From Octopus vulgaris (taxonomy: Eukaryota), in NCBI GenBank assembly GCA_951406725.2, contig OX597823.1, forward strand, positions 43,524,001-43,588,000: a stretch of 64,000 nt of DNA. The letters are read 5' to 3'. Both the position numbers and the translations under genes were made by a program. Below are positions 1 through 13,719 of the stretch, in pieces (position 1 is the stretch's first letter; the number at the start of each line of letters is the position of its first letter). Below the pieces are notes generated by a model. It was not told the origin of the DNA. It was given only the letters and a program-made list of their open reading frames with translations, and ran no database searches.

Positions 1-932
1 CTGTCCCCAAGAAGCCATAAATAATTGGCACTATCTTCACCTTCTTCCTTTTCCAGAGCCAGGCTATATCGTACTTAAGAGGGTTGCATTGATCTATTTT
101 TTCACCTTCCTTCTTGAGTGTTGGTGGATCAAAGGGGTATGCAACATCAGCTATATAGAACATGTGGTGCATCTTGTCAACTACCACTAGGTCCGGTCTG
201 TTACGCTCTAGCACCTGATCTGTTTGGATTGGGAAGTTCTCGAGTCCGCCACTCATTACGGTTTGTGCTCATACCACGTCTTGCCTCTCTCTAGTCCCCA
301 CTTTTCGTACGGTTTCCAATGTAGAACTTTCGCTACCTTATCATGTCGCCACAACTTGTAGTGGTTTGGAGCAATTCTAGGGTATTCGCTCGTGATATGG
401 GCAATGGCTTCATCCACTCTATTACAGATGCGGCACAGTGGAGAAACTTTCTCATTCCTAAGGTTGACTCGCCAATTTGTTGCCAAAGCTTAATCTTGCA
501 CCTCCAGAATAGGGCTCTCGGTCTCTTTTTTCGGTGGTCCTCTCTGCAGCCAATCCCACATAGGTTTTCAAGCAACTTCTGTTGTGGCTACATGGGATTG
601 ACTGTGTAGTCCCTTTTTGTGTAATGCTTCCTCATGTCCTTTTTGTACTTCTTCCTTTCTTTTTCCAAACTCTCCATTCTTAACTGACACTAGCAAGGTT
701 TCCTTATTTTTGGACAGGGATTTCATTAAGCTTTCAAGTTTGATATGTACACAGTCTTCCACGCTTATCAGTTCCCTTCCTCCATTTGCTCTCTCCATGT
801 ATACGCGATCAGTGTCTGCATGTGGATGGTGGGCTCCATGCATCGTTAGGAGCTTTCTTGTCTTCCTGTCCATCTCCTTTAGCTCCCCCTCTCTCCACTT
901 TAGGATTCCAGCGCCATACCGAACTACTGTGA
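1..932 (-). mobile_element. Decayed R4/Dong-clade (RLE) non-LTR retrotransposon fragment: RT C-terminus, CCHC knuckle, RLE endonuclease
   Basis: Minus-strand peptides VVRYGAGILKW..ELKEMDRKTRKLLTMHGAHHPHADTDRVYMERANGGREL, CRICNRVDEAIAHITS..RHDKVAKVLHW..WYEHKP, NFPIQTD..NRPDLVVVDK..IADVAYPFD, split by frameshifts; continues past the left edge. Confidence 0.9.
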
Positions 933-2194
933 CTGAGCTTGGAAGAACTAAATTTAAGGATTCTGAGGTTTTGAACTTAATAACAAAACTAATTAATTTA
1001 GTATATGCCCAATTCGATTTTCTTGCAGAATATATCATCGTAAACAATGCCAAGACATCCCAAGTCACTTTTAAAAGTACAGCTATGAATTCTCACTTAC
1101 ATATACATGTACGTACATGTACATATATTTACACACATCTTTACATAAATATATAATACATGCAAGAACAGAGATTTTGGCGAAGTTAGAAAATATTTTT
1201 CAGGAAGTCCATCGAGTAAAAGTTACCATTATTCAATAAGTAACATCTCTGAGCTAATAAATAAATATTCGTTATAATAAACTAGAGTCAAAATAGTGAA
1301 CTGTCAATGACAATGTCTGTATACATTAGATTCATTTGAAGTAGGTGTCGTCTGCCACCGTGAACAAAATATATGAGAACTGTAATTCATATTGACTTTA
1401 TCTCCACAAGAATCAATGTTACCATCTTCGGTAAGAAAATAACCATTTTCATTAATAGAAACTTCTTAGAGGTTTTAGTCTTTATTTCTTTTCCTTTATT
1501 CATTCTTTTATATTATTTTATTATTTTTTCGATATTATTTTCATTCTGTAATATCTCATGATAATCTAAAATAACTGTATAAGATATAAGATACATCGAT
1601 AATTATTTTCCATGACTAGGAACAAGAGCCACGTTACATTTTATTAAGAAAACGGCGCGAGAGAAATATAGTGGATGGAATTATTCTCTGAACAAAAAGG
1701 TACACTGTACAGAATAGGTCAATAACACAGGTTTGTTGCTGTTGTAGCAATTGACATTATTGTAGTTGATCCCGGGATTAGCTCTGGATTCTTGCCGAGA
1801 CAATCCAGTCTTTTTCTAGTTGTAATGTGCGTAAGGTGTATTTCTTTGTTTAAGACGTTATGGTTAGCACTCTGAGGATAATTAAACAGCTTTCCTTAGT
1901 AAGCTTTGCGACCATGTTCAGCTACTCCGTTACCATGTTTTTGGCAAAGGTAGTTAACATTAAATTCACCTGGTCTAGCTATACAAAATACTTTATCCGT
2001 TCCGTCCATGAGAAGAAGAATATCTGTATGATGAAAAGAGGAGTATTCGATCTTGCTCTTTGAGATCTAATCCCGCTGAGGCATATATGCACGTATATAT
2101 GGAGGTATGTATGTGTAAACATATATGATTATATATACATACAAAAACCTATATACATATATGTGTATATTCATATACATGCAAACACGCACAC

Positions 2195-2199
2195 ACCTA

Positions 2200-2243
<44 letters not shown>

Positions 2244-2275
2244 CGTGTGTATATATGTATATATTTGTATGTATA

Positions 2276-2323
<48 letters not shown>

Positions 2324-2345
2324 TATATATATAAACACACATACA
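2195..2345. repeat. (TA)n/(CA)n microsatellite, representative of dozens of TA, TATG, GATA and CA tracts in the window
   Basis: Direct reading; source of the [12 protein letters not shown] ORFs. Confidence 0.95.
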
Positions 2346-2695
2346 TCCATACGAGCATGAGAAATATAAGACCACTCAATATAATCGATTATTCTCTTCA
2401 TTATTCTAAGAGACATTTATATATGCGTGAATTACACATGCGATTAGTCAGATAATTTTGTGTATGAAGACAACAGTTGAAATGTCTGCAGACCAAAAGT
2501 AAAGTGATTTTGTTATAGTTTTCATCACGTCTACCCCGTGACTGACATGTCTCGGCCAATAGGAATCGATATTACTGGTGCTCTGCAGACATAACACCTC
2601 TTTTACCTACCTTCATTTAAGTGTCAGACTGATCACATGTTGAATTCACATGGGTATGAAAACTTTGTATAGCAATGGAGTGAAGCTTAATATGC

Positions 2696-2741
<46 letters not shown>

Positions 2742-3357
2742 GTATGTATGCATGTATGTATGTATGCATGTATGTATGTATGTAAGTATACATTCATATA
2801 AAGATAATATTCATATATGTATGTATATAACCATATGTAATGTGTGCAGATATAGACGTGGACACACTCACATACACACACACTCAAATGTATAAATATA
2901 TTTGGAGAGATAGGGGGAGAAAGAGAGAGACAAAGATAGCTTTGACCGGGGAAATGGTGCCTGTGATAAGGAGGAAAGGTATCATCACGTCTGCCTAAAC
3001 TTAGTTCGAATATTGGCATAGAATGGTGGCATGCTGTAAGCCGCATGTACACATGTACACACGCTCACACATGATCACACACAACGCACATACATATATG
3101 TTTGTGTGTTTTCTGATTGAAGGGCAGAAATATTGACACATAACTTTGGATCGAGTATGCTACATAAACCGATGTTTTGTACAAATGAGGCAAGAAATGC
3201 AAAACGTATCTACCACATTTCTCAAGAATTATATTACAACGCTTGAATATGTATATAAAGGCATCTATTATATTATGCTGGCTATACTTTACTGATTCTA
3301 ACTGGCAATAGTAGTTCTATGGGGTTGTACCGAGATGTATCGATACAATGTCGGATA

Positions 3358-3403
3358 ATTGTTGTTGTTGCTGTTGTTGTTGTTGTAGTTCTAGTAGTAG
3401 TAA

Positions 3404-3437
<34 letters not shown>

Positions 3438-3483
3438 TGTTGTTGTTGTTGTTGTTGTTGTAGTAGTAGTAGTAATGATAATG

Positions 3484-3530
<47 letters not shown>
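3358..3530. repeat. Compound trinucleotide microsatellite (GTT)n-(AGT)n-(GTT)n-(TAA)n
   Basis: Direct reading. Confidence 0.95.
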
Positions 3531-3533
<3 letters not shown>

Positions 3534-3760
3534 GATTGTCTTAACTGGTACATCACACGTATTGAGAAGAGCATTGTCGATGTGAGAACTGTTGCTGCTC
3601 ATGTATTTTAATTTAACTTTAAAAAAATTTTTTTTTTAAATGAACGAACTATTGAGTTTGGTTTAATGGCCTACCAATGTATACTATGAGTTTCTTTGCC
3701 CTAGGAGTCGGGAAGACACTCGGCAAGAAATGGAAGCAAATTTGAAAGAAGAAAAAAAAA
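3531..3760 (+). mobile_element. 5'-truncated R4/Dong-like 3' end (family alpha) flanked by (TAA)n
   Basis: Encodes the ORF C-terminus KIVLTGTSHVLRRALSM*, then a 3'UTR (ttaatggcctaccaatgtatac...gaagacactcg) shared with 4855-4942. Confidence 0.8.
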
Positions 3761-3784
3761 GTAATAGTAATAATAATAATAATA

Positions 3785-4301
3785 CTGATCTTAACTGATT
3801 GGAAGTGTTATCATGTACATTGTTTTGTCTTGGTATAAAAGATGGGCTACAGCAAATATTCTGCTCAATACCACAGATTTGCTTGTCAGTTGTTTGACCT
3901 TAACCAGTTGAGCATGTCCCTTAGTGGCTGACAATATGTGCATCTCTGATCACGAGCAGAAGTAGTGGGGGAGCATCATAGCCATGTGTTGAGAGGGATT
4001 CTTTGGGGTTTGAATAGTTCACCTCTGGAAACATGGGTGGTTCTTTCAACATCCTTAAACAACCTTTATTCAGGGACCGTTTGAGCGGGATGGGCTACTC
4101 AACCTGAAGAAAATTCTAATTGGGCCCCACCTCCAAGGTCATGTGCTGTTTATCTTGATATGAGATCACCATGTCGCGCACATATGGTTGTGATGCATGT
4201 GCCTGGTGTACCTTTATCAGACGGGTAGTCATGATGGGTATATTGGGCTTCGTATATTTTACCCCAGTGTCACTTTGATGGCATGAACTGCTCTCTCACT
4301 C
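3785..4301 (+). mobile_element. Non-coding retroelement 3' region (family beta) ending ...ctctctcactc-(AAT)n
   Basis: Near-identical 3' ends at 5077-5184 and 49025-49340, each followed by (AAT)n, with different 5' truncation points. Confidence 0.8.
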
Positions 4302-4316
4302 AATAATAATAATTAC

Positions 4317-4370
<54 letters not shown>

Positions 4371-4942
4371 CACATCCATTGGAGTTGGATTGTGAGACAG
4401 TCATAAAAGAACTCGAGCAGAAACAGACTTAGAAATACCTCGGGATAAGTGAAGGCTCTGGCATTCAGCATGCAAGTACGACAGAGAAGATCATGAAGGG
4501 GAGTAACAGCAGAGCTCAAGCAATCGTAAAATCCGACTTAAATGCCAGTAACATCTGTAGACGGTTACAAGAGGAGTGATTGTAGAAGCACTTGGAATGA
4601 TTTTAAAAAATGAACAGAAAATTATTTAAGAATGATCACTGGATTACCATCTATACAGGAAGTGCAAAAGATTTTCTTAACTGGTGCATCAACTGGTGTA
4701 TTTAGAAGAGCATTGTCGCTGTAAGTTTTCGTTCCATTTTCCCCTTTATTTTCTTTGCTCACTTTTTTATTTTTCATTTTTATTTTTCTCTTTGTCTTTC
4801 TTCCCCTTGTGCTCTATCACATGACTTTGTAAATGGACAATTTGGTGTTTATTTTAATGGCCTACCAATGTATACAGTGCGTTTCTCTAGGTGTCAGGAA
4901 GACACTCGACAAGAAATGACAACAGAATTGAAAGATAAAGAA
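4371..4942 (+). mobile_element. Internally deleted R4/Dong-like copy (family alpha)
   Basis: IKELEQKQT*KYLGISEGSGIQHAS..IVKSDLNASN (end of RT) joined to VIVEALGMI..GLPSIQEVQKIFLTGA..RRALSL* and the family-alpha 3'UTR; (TAA)n on both sides. Confidence 0.8.
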
Positions 4943-5184
<242 letters not shown>

Positions 5185-5209
5185 AATAATAATAATAATA
5201 ATAATAATG

Positions 5210-5563
5210 AAATAACAACAGAAAAAAGATGGTATAGGCACACGCCAGGAAAGGTCACGGAAAATGATAAAGCAACCATATTATGGGATATGCCAATACA
5301 CACAGATAAAGAAATTAAGGTCAATAGGCTGGGTACAGTTGTCAGAGATCATCAAGGAAAAAACACCTTCTAATCGATGTAACAATTCCAACAGATGACA
5401 ACGTTTCCCTAAAAGAAATGGAGAAACTTTCAAAATACAAACACCTGGGAAAAGAGGTGAGGCGAATGTGAAATCTTAAAACAGAAACAATTCTAATGTC
5501 GGAATTCCTATCATAATGGGTTCATTAAGTATGATAGAAAAATGTTTACACAAATACATAATA

Positions 5564-5566
<3 letters not shown>
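5210..5566 (+). mobile_element. R4/Dong-like RLE endonuclease fragment
   Basis: WYRHTPGKVTENDKATILWDMPIHTDKEIKVNR..(frameshift)LIDVTIPTDDNVSLKEMEKLSKYKHL..PIIMGSL. Confidence 0.85.
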
Positions 5567-5599
<33 letters not shown>

Positions 5600-6085
5600 T
5601 TCACGCACACACACATCGGCATACACGCAAGCACACACAATATATTTTCTGCACTGAGAACTTTGAATTATTTCCTGTATATTGTATGAGTGCCATTTAT
5701 TTACTGACTTAATGTACGCCGACGATAATACGTTTTAAATGATGCAATAATGCTTTAGGCTATTGTTTAGAAAAGTTATATTGTATTTGGCATTATTGAT
5801 ATACTACTAATCAAATATTTGGATATTGATACTGTAGATAATACGACGAAAAAAATCTGGTATCTACTATCAATACGACAACATGGAATGAAATATTGTC
5901 TTTTTAAGTTTTCTTAATTAATTCAGATACAAAATGATGTGAAATCTAACCAAACAGTTAAGTGCAACTTTCAATTTCTTTGATTATATCTGGAATTTTC
6001 ACCTCTACGAGTCCTATAACTTCGTTTTCATTATCGACACGATGTAAAATCTTGGGTCTTAATTTATATTTCCATCCATGGGTTA

Positions 6086-6180
<95 letters not shown>

Positions 6181-6398
6181 GAGACAGCGAGCAGGCAGAA
6201 TCGTTAACAAACCCAACGAAATGCTTAGCGGCATTCCGTTTGTTCTTATATTCTGAGTTCATTCTCCACCGAGATCTACTTAGCCGTTCATCCCTCCGAG
6301 AACGATAAATTAATTACCAGTGGAACATTGGGGTTGACGTGATCGACTAGTCCCTTCCCCACAAAATTTCAGGCTTTGGCCTATAGTAAAAAGGATTG
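6181..6398 (+). mobile_element. tRNA-derived SINE family A (diverged copy)
   Basis: ggcagaatcgtt..gaaatgcttagcgg..ttctgagttca..ccgag matches the reverse complement of 6937-7158. Confidence 0.75.
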
Positions 6399-6559
6399 TT
6401 ATTATTATTACTATATTTGTCCTATGCTATATCACAGTTCAGTACGACCCCATAAAACTGCTGTTGCGGTTTGGAATCATCAGGGCGTAGTCGACATATC
6501 AAAATTAGGAGCTTTTACTTGCGAACTCAAAAACTTTTCCCGTAAACGTAATTAAAGAA

Positions 6560-6905
6560 TATGTCTTCGCCGATTGTTTATCCGGGCGTCCACCCTGTCG
6601 ATTGTTCGTTCGAAGCTCTAACTCTCCACAAATTTTATATTTTAAAAATTTCTGGATGCTGCCGTTTTATGAAGGTTTCCTATCTTGTCGTTGAAAGCTC
6701 AAAATAGGAAGTAATTAACAGTGGACAACTGAGGAGGGGTTAGACTCTTTTGGTATTTTGTCCCATACTTGTCTCTTATGTTTACGGATTTTTCACTCGC
6801 TTGCGATGTCCCGTTCTCATTGTGTATTTCTTAGTATCTTGCCCTCTACTTATTTCTCGTGTGTTTCCATATATTTCACTTGTTGCTGATGTACGGTACT
6901 TGATG
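6560..6905 (+). mobile_element. Interspersed repeat remnant abutting (TA)n, probably Penelope-like terminal repeat
   Basis: ttgtcgttgaaagctcaaaatagga..caactgaggagggg resembles the reverse complement of 18942-18998 and 25035-25077. Confidence 0.4.
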
Positions 6906-6936
6906 TATTATATATATATATATAAATATATATAAC

Positions 6937-7158
6937 TGTTTCTTTATTGCCCACAAGGGGCTAAACATAGAGGGGACAAACAAGGACAGACAAACGGATT
7001 AAGTCGATTACATCGACCCCAGTGCATAACTGGTACTTTATTTATCGACCCCGAAAGGATGAAAGGCAAAGTCGACCTCGGCGGAATTTGAACTCAGAAC
7101 GCAATGACGGACGCAATACCGCTAAGCATTTCGCCCGGTGTGCTAACGTTTCTGCCAG
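6937..7158 (-). mobile_element. tRNA-derived SINE family A, well-preserved copy
   Basis: Minus strand ctggcagaaacgttagcac..gttctgagttcaaattccgccgaggtcgactttgcctttcatcctttcggggtcgataa..; B-box-like GAGTTCAAATTC; many copies in the window. Confidence 0.85.
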
Positions 7159-7182
7159 TAACAAAGATGTGCAGATGTCAGT

Positions 7183-7267
7183 TCTTTACGGCCGTTTCAA
7201 GTGGCTCCATTTAATTAATTAATGAAAACATTGTATCAATTTCAAAGACACCGCTCTCTTCAGATGA
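7183..7267 (-). ncRNA. Type I hammerhead ribozyme motif (Penelope-like element type)
   Basis: Minus strand ucau-CUGAAGA-GAGCGG...CCACUU-GAAA-CGGCCG-UA-aaga; palindromic stem III ACGGCCGU; stem I has a mismatch. Confidence 0.65.
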
Positions 7268-7508
7268 CGGCATAGATATCAAACATAAAAGATAAACCAT
7301 TTTTATAAACAAATTTACATAAATAGTGGAAACCAAATTATTTACAATGTTTCCTATTGCTATATCTGTGGCAGAATATTAGGTAGAAATATCCCGTCAC
7401 GTAGTCTTGATATTCAATATTCAAATAATAATGTTGAGGTGTGCGGACTATACCGAACTAGCAAGGTGCCCCAATTTAAATACCTAATTCAACTGAATCT
7501 TAAATATG

Positions 7509-7588
<80 letters not shown>

Positions 7589-7782
7589 CAGACAGACAGG
7601 CGCAGAGACAGAGATGTCTGTATTTTCTTTTTTTAACAATTAACATGGAAAAAATAGATAAATAGTTACCAGGGTAGTAAAAAAATCAAACAAGTAAAAA
7701 GGTTGTAACTCCTTGTTTTTAAAGGTAGAAACTCCGAGTTTACGTGAAATATTTTGCATGATATATATAAATAAATAAACAT

Positions 7783-8360
7783 AGTTATCTAAAAGACCAC
7801 AATAAACAATTTAATTTAGATTGGTTGATTCTCTCAATTTCGATAACTTATGATAAAGGCAAGGAATTCTGTCTTCTCTGTAATTCTGAACTACTTTTTT
7901 TCTAAAATTCTCATTGTAAACACGGTTATCGAGCGTGCATACCGATGTAAACATTGGCAGAAACAAACTTTTAGTTCATAAAAGTGATATCTATCATTAT
8001 ATATAATTTAAACATTAATTTTCTTCTTACATTTCACATTCACTAGATATATCTTTTTCCAAAACTATAAGGTTTTAATTAATTTACATTCTGTTATATA
8101 CTTCTCATTTATTTGCCTTTTTCTTTCCTTTACCCATCCTCTTTCTATAGGCTACCTTTGACGTTATATCCTCGAAGGTCTTTTTAAAACAAACATAAAA
8201 GCGTTCAGTTAATCACTATACATATCCATCATATCCTGTCAAAATGTCTTATTGAGTTTCATTTCTTCATTTCTCTGAAGAGAAGATTACATTGTTTTAC
8301 ACCATTTTATTCCTATGGAGTAATACTAGTGATATCTTCGAAACATGTATTGGAAGTAAA
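7783..8360 (+). mobile_element. Penelope-like element remnant: GIY-YIG endonuclease C-terminus plus 3' region with a hammerhead core
   Basis: YLKDHNKQFNLDWLILSIS..YDKGKEFCLLCNSE..(frameshift)NTVIERAYRCKHWQK fits the PLE W-I-L..Y..C-x-L-C-x-x-E..LN..C-R/K-H pattern. Confidence 0.7.
8275..8349 (+). ncRNA. Hammerhead ribozyme core (stem I decayed)
   Basis: CUGAAGA-GAAGAU...AUCUUC-GAAA-CAUG-UA; perfect 6-bp stem II base; palindromic ACAUGU stem III. Confidence 0.6.
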
Positions 8361-8421
8361 ATAATTTGAATAACACCTATTTTATCTCCATTTTTATATA
8401 TACATATATATATGTATATAT

Positions 8422-8473
<52 letters not shown>

Positions 8474-8896
8474 GCACACACACACATATATATACATATA
8501 CATATATATATATATATTCATATATATACATATATATACATATATATATATATATTCATATATATATATATATATATATTAATAATATCAGGGTACTAAA
8601 GATTTTAGAAATGTTTACTACCTGTGGCCTAGCGTGTAGAAAATTTAGTCAATATATTATTCATGTCAATACAGTCTACATTTAAACACATAAGATGAAG
8701 ACTTCGCCTAGTAAATTATTTTATCTGTTAAAAAAGTTAGAAATCATGGTCAAGAAGATAGATGGTAAATGTTTATATTTTTCATTCCCTACCAGTTTTT
8801 ATCCCCAATAGTGGTATGGACCTTATCTGTTCCTTCTAGCGTGAAAAGAATCCTATGACGGATATCTTATGTGTTTAAATGTACACTACATTTATA

Positions 8897-8937
<41 letters not shown>

Positions 8938-8942
8938 TTATA

Positions 8943-8974
<32 letters not shown>

Positions 8975-8977
<3 letters not shown>

Positions 8978-9163
8978 GATCGCTAGCCACTAAACCTTTT
9001 TTTTTTACTTTTGCTCCCTGTTTATTTCTGTGTTCCTTTCTGTCGAAGAGCGTAGGCTCGAAACGTAAAAGACTTTCTCACTTCCCAAGCATTAAACTAA
9101 TACAACTATTTTTTGTTTACACACCCGTCTTTGTCTTTTCTTTTCTTTTGTAAATTCTCACTA
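8975..9163 (+). mobile_element. Short repeat between TA/GATA tracts with a degenerate minimal hammerhead-like motif (9043-9067)
   Basis: TCGAAGA-GCGTAGGCTC-GAAA-CGTA; its 3' end (cacccgtctttgtcttt..gtaaattc) recurs at ~34718-34762. Confidence 0.5.
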
Positions 9164-9226
9164 TATATATAGATAGATAGATAGATACGTAGATAGATAG
9201 ATAGAAAGATATGTAGATAGATAGAC

Positions 9227-9347
<121 letters not shown>

Positions 9348-9424
9348 TAGGTATATATCTGTGTAGTTATATGTATATGCGTGTGTATATGTATAGACGT
9401 GTATATTTATATATATATATATAA

Positions 9425-9521
<97 letters not shown>

Positions 9522-10011
9522 AACATATTTGTAAGCAGGATATATGTGGGCATGCAGCAAGTGAGCCAGTATCTGCTAGGAAGCAAGTATACACACCTAT
9601 GGACATGTGTAGATAGAGAGATAGAGAATGAGATCTTTGATTTGTGTTTGACTTCTTCTGTGGATGTGTGTATGTATATGTGTGGGTTATGGGTACCGCA
9701 AGCGGGTGTAGTTCTGGATTGATTATCGTGCTTTTCTATACTCATATCTCCCTCCTTATCAACATCATAATCACCATTTTCATCATTTTTTTTTATATCG
9801 CATCAACATCATCATCATTACAATGCCTATCATCACCATCATCATCATTACAATGCCTATCATCACCATCAGATACATTATTAACTTCTATTATAAATCG
9901 ATTTCTATTATTGTATATATTTATTTTCGTTTGTTTATTGTTATTTTAACACCCTGTTATATTTATTTATTCCTTATTATTTCTCCACTACTACCACCAC
10001 TAGTCTTTCTT

Positions 10012-10057
<46 letters not shown>

Positions 10058-10478
10058 CCTATCTCCCTTTATGTTTCTTCCCCCTATTCTCCATCTGTTC
10101 CTCTGTTCTTTCATTGCGCCATTATTAATACAGAACTGTAGTATATTCGCGTGTTAAACTCCACTCTTGAATTTATTGAAGGAAAATTTATTAAAAAATA
10201 AAATAAATACATATAAGTAGAAAAAAAACCGATTCTATCATTCGAAAGATTTTCGTCACATATTTTATGTCTTAGTTCTCCGTCTTTAATCACGATTTTT
10301 GCGTAAGAGAAACAGTGGGGATGGGGTGGCGAAGTAGAGTGAGTACGTGTGTCACTAGACACAGATACAAACACATGCAAGCATACACACACATGTTATA
10401 CGTATATGATTAGTGTACTGTGTACGTGTGTTCACACACACATATATATATATATATTTATATATGTATGTATATATC

Positions 10479-10531
<53 letters not shown>

Positions 10532-10540
10532 ATATATATA

Positions 10541-10602
<62 letters not shown>

Positions 10603-10872
10603 AATATTTCTGTATTTTTCTGTGTATGGTGTGTATATGTATGGGATTTATGTAAACCTGTGCGTAGGAGTTATTATTTTGATTTCTATGTGTGCGGGTG
10701 AGAGTGTATGTATGTACATATGTATGAAAGTATGCATGCATGTATGTGTGTATGTATCCATGTTACTTTCTATCTATCACTCAATCAATCTATCTATCTA
10801 CTCATCTGTGTATATATATATGTTTGTGTGCGTACATGAGAATATATATGTAGGTATATATGTATATATGTA

Positions 10873-10954
<82 letters not shown>

Positions 10955-11454
10955 TTTTTATGTTTGCATGTATCTATGTGCATACGTGCAGGTCTTTAGG
11001 TTTGAACTTACGTTTGATTGTGTATGTGTACGTGCGTGAGGCCTTACATGCAATTTAGGCTTAATGTGTTGGGCTGAGGGTGTTGGGCTGGGATTCAAAG
11101 AATAGAGATAGAACTGTGTTGGAAGTGGAAAATAGATGTTGAACGGGATTCTTCAATTAATTTGATCTATTCAAAATGTCTACGCATTCCAATTATTTTA
11201 ACCAATTTTTACGTGAGCAAAATTTTTCATTGGAGGAAAAATATAGCAAAAAAAAAAATAATGTTATTGTTGCCGGTTTTTTTGTTTCCTAAATTATTTT
11301 GCATCTTCAAATTTAATTTTTTCTTTTGTCAACTTTATTAGGTGTTTTACTGTCCCATTTTTCGTCTCTATTTGGCACTTCTTTAATCCTGGATTTTCAA
11401 AATAGAATTATCTTGTTAGTCGCCAATGTTGCTGTTGTTGTAATGTCAGAAACA

Positions 11455-12005
11455 ATTTTTCTCCTCAAGGCTTTGAATTCACATCCTGCCGAGGCCAAAT
11501 TTACTTTAAATCCTTTCGTTGTCTATAAAATGAAATACCAATCAATTAATGGTGTCGAGGTTATTGAATAACTCCCTTCCCAATATTTAGCCCTTGTGCT
11601 AAAACTATTATTATTACTGAAGACGTTAAGACGTCTCAGAACAAATACCACGGCGGGCAAAATGCTTACCGGTATATCGTCCGGTTTTACGTTCTCAAAT
11701 TCTGCCGAGATCGACTCTGCCTTCTACCATATCGGAGTCGATAAAATAAGTACCAGTCGTCCAAATGTGAACTCATAAATGAGGATACTTGTGGTTAACC
11801 AGAATAATTTGGTGCGTCAAGTAAATTGCTTTGCGGTATTTATTTCAGCTATTGAAGGTTCTGATTTCAATTCCAGCGAAGGTCATTTGTGCATTTCTTC
11901 TTTTTAGGATCAAAAAAGTAAAATACCAGCCAAATACCGATTTCACTATAAATTACTGCTCCATCCTCTCACGCTAGCTGGCCTTGTGCTTAAATTAGGA
12001 ACTAT
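11455..12005 (+). mobile_element. Cluster of three degenerate SINE family A copies
   Basis: Repeated gccgagg/gccgaga..tttc..cgataaaataagtaccagt..ggccttgtgc motifs. Confidence 0.6.
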
Positions 12006-12642
12006 TATAAACGCTTTCGTTTTCTGTAGAAATTCTATAAGTATTGTGCATAATTATAATCACATACGCATAACATTATGCGTCTTGTTATGGCTTGTTT
12101 TGCTTATTTTTTCCACCGCTTTCAGGTCAGTAGCGACCGAGAGTACACACATCTATGCATCAATTTTGTTAATTTTATATGGTTGATTAATCTTGATGTT
12201 CAAATTTATCTTGACAAGCGTGATCCTGATGATTGAGGCCAGGTAAGTGCGATTGGTTTTCTAAAATGTTGCGCTCAAAATATTTGTTCCATATTCCTTT
12301 GAATTTACTTTGATGTTCGTATACCACGCACTCGCGGCTTTCATGGCGTCTCATCAGTCTACTTTTACTGGCATGATTTGATTAAACTTTTATTTTGGCT
12401 CCAGCGTGTCTCCCTAACCATCGAAATTATGCTGTTTTGTTCTTTAGGAAATTTGAGTTGTATATTCAATATTAACACACACAAACACACACAGACACAC
12501 ACGCACATACACACACACGCACATACACACATGTATTTATGTATGTATATATGTATGTACTTATGTGTGCATTCATGCAGTGTCACGATGGATCCCTTGT
12601 TTCCTAGTTTGCTAAGTAAGGATATTTTCTTAATTCAATCGA

Positions 12643-12724
<82 letters not shown>

Positions 12725-13185
12725 TGGTGTTGTTATAAAATCAAATGTGATCAATTCTTTTCGCACAATTATTCTGCGATTTTTTTCAAAAATATTTATT
12801 CGATAAAAGTGTGAATGCAATATATATATAAACACACTATATGTATCCAGATACAAATATAGATATGCAATAACTGCGTATCTATATATGAGGGATGTGT
12901 TCGTGTGTTTCTCTGTGTGTGTTGTATATGGACTTGTGGGCGTGTGTGTCTGTGTGTGTGTGTGTACGTGTGGTGTGTATGTGCATGCGATTATCTGTGT
13001 GCTTCGGTTTGTATATGCGTATGATATAATATCAAGCATCGTATATCGATAATTCCTTAAGAAATAAAAGAACTAAAAAATGATAGTAATAAGAGCAACA
13101 ATAATGACAACAGCTACAAGTGACAACAACAACGAAAACAACAAAAACACTAGCAATAATAACAACAGCTACTACAACAAAAACG

Positions 13186-13258
<73 letters not shown>

Positions 13259-13563
13259 TAATAATAATAATAATAATAATAATGATAATAATAATTTTTA
13301 AAAAGTGTTCTTGGTCTGTATTTCTTACTAAATATTTCTTACAAACTCATCCACTCCCTTGATGTTTTTCTCTCCCTCTCCCTACCGCTTTATATCCATT
13401 TCTCTTCCCGTCACTCCGTCAGTCTCTCTTCCTCTTTCTCTCTCCCTGTCGCTTTTATTTCTTCGCGTTTTTTTTTTTTTGTTTTCTTTTTGTGCAAGCC
13501 TCCGATACTCGACTGAAATTCTGAGAAATCTACAATAATATATAAGGCTTTCAATAAGAACAA

Positions 13564-13616
<53 letters not shown>

Positions 13617-13676
13617 GCTTGTTTGTATGTATGTATGCATGTGTGTGTGCATGCGTGTATTTGTATATATACATAC

Positions 13677-13719
<43 letters not shown>

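Noticed and set aside
617-1156. 179-aa + strand ORF
   Set aside because: Antisense shadow of the LINE fragment
9808-9870. 30-bp tandem duplication (catcatcattacaatgcctatcatcaccat)
   Set aside because: Ordinary slippage in a (CAT)n-rich tract; two units only, not a CRISPR-like array
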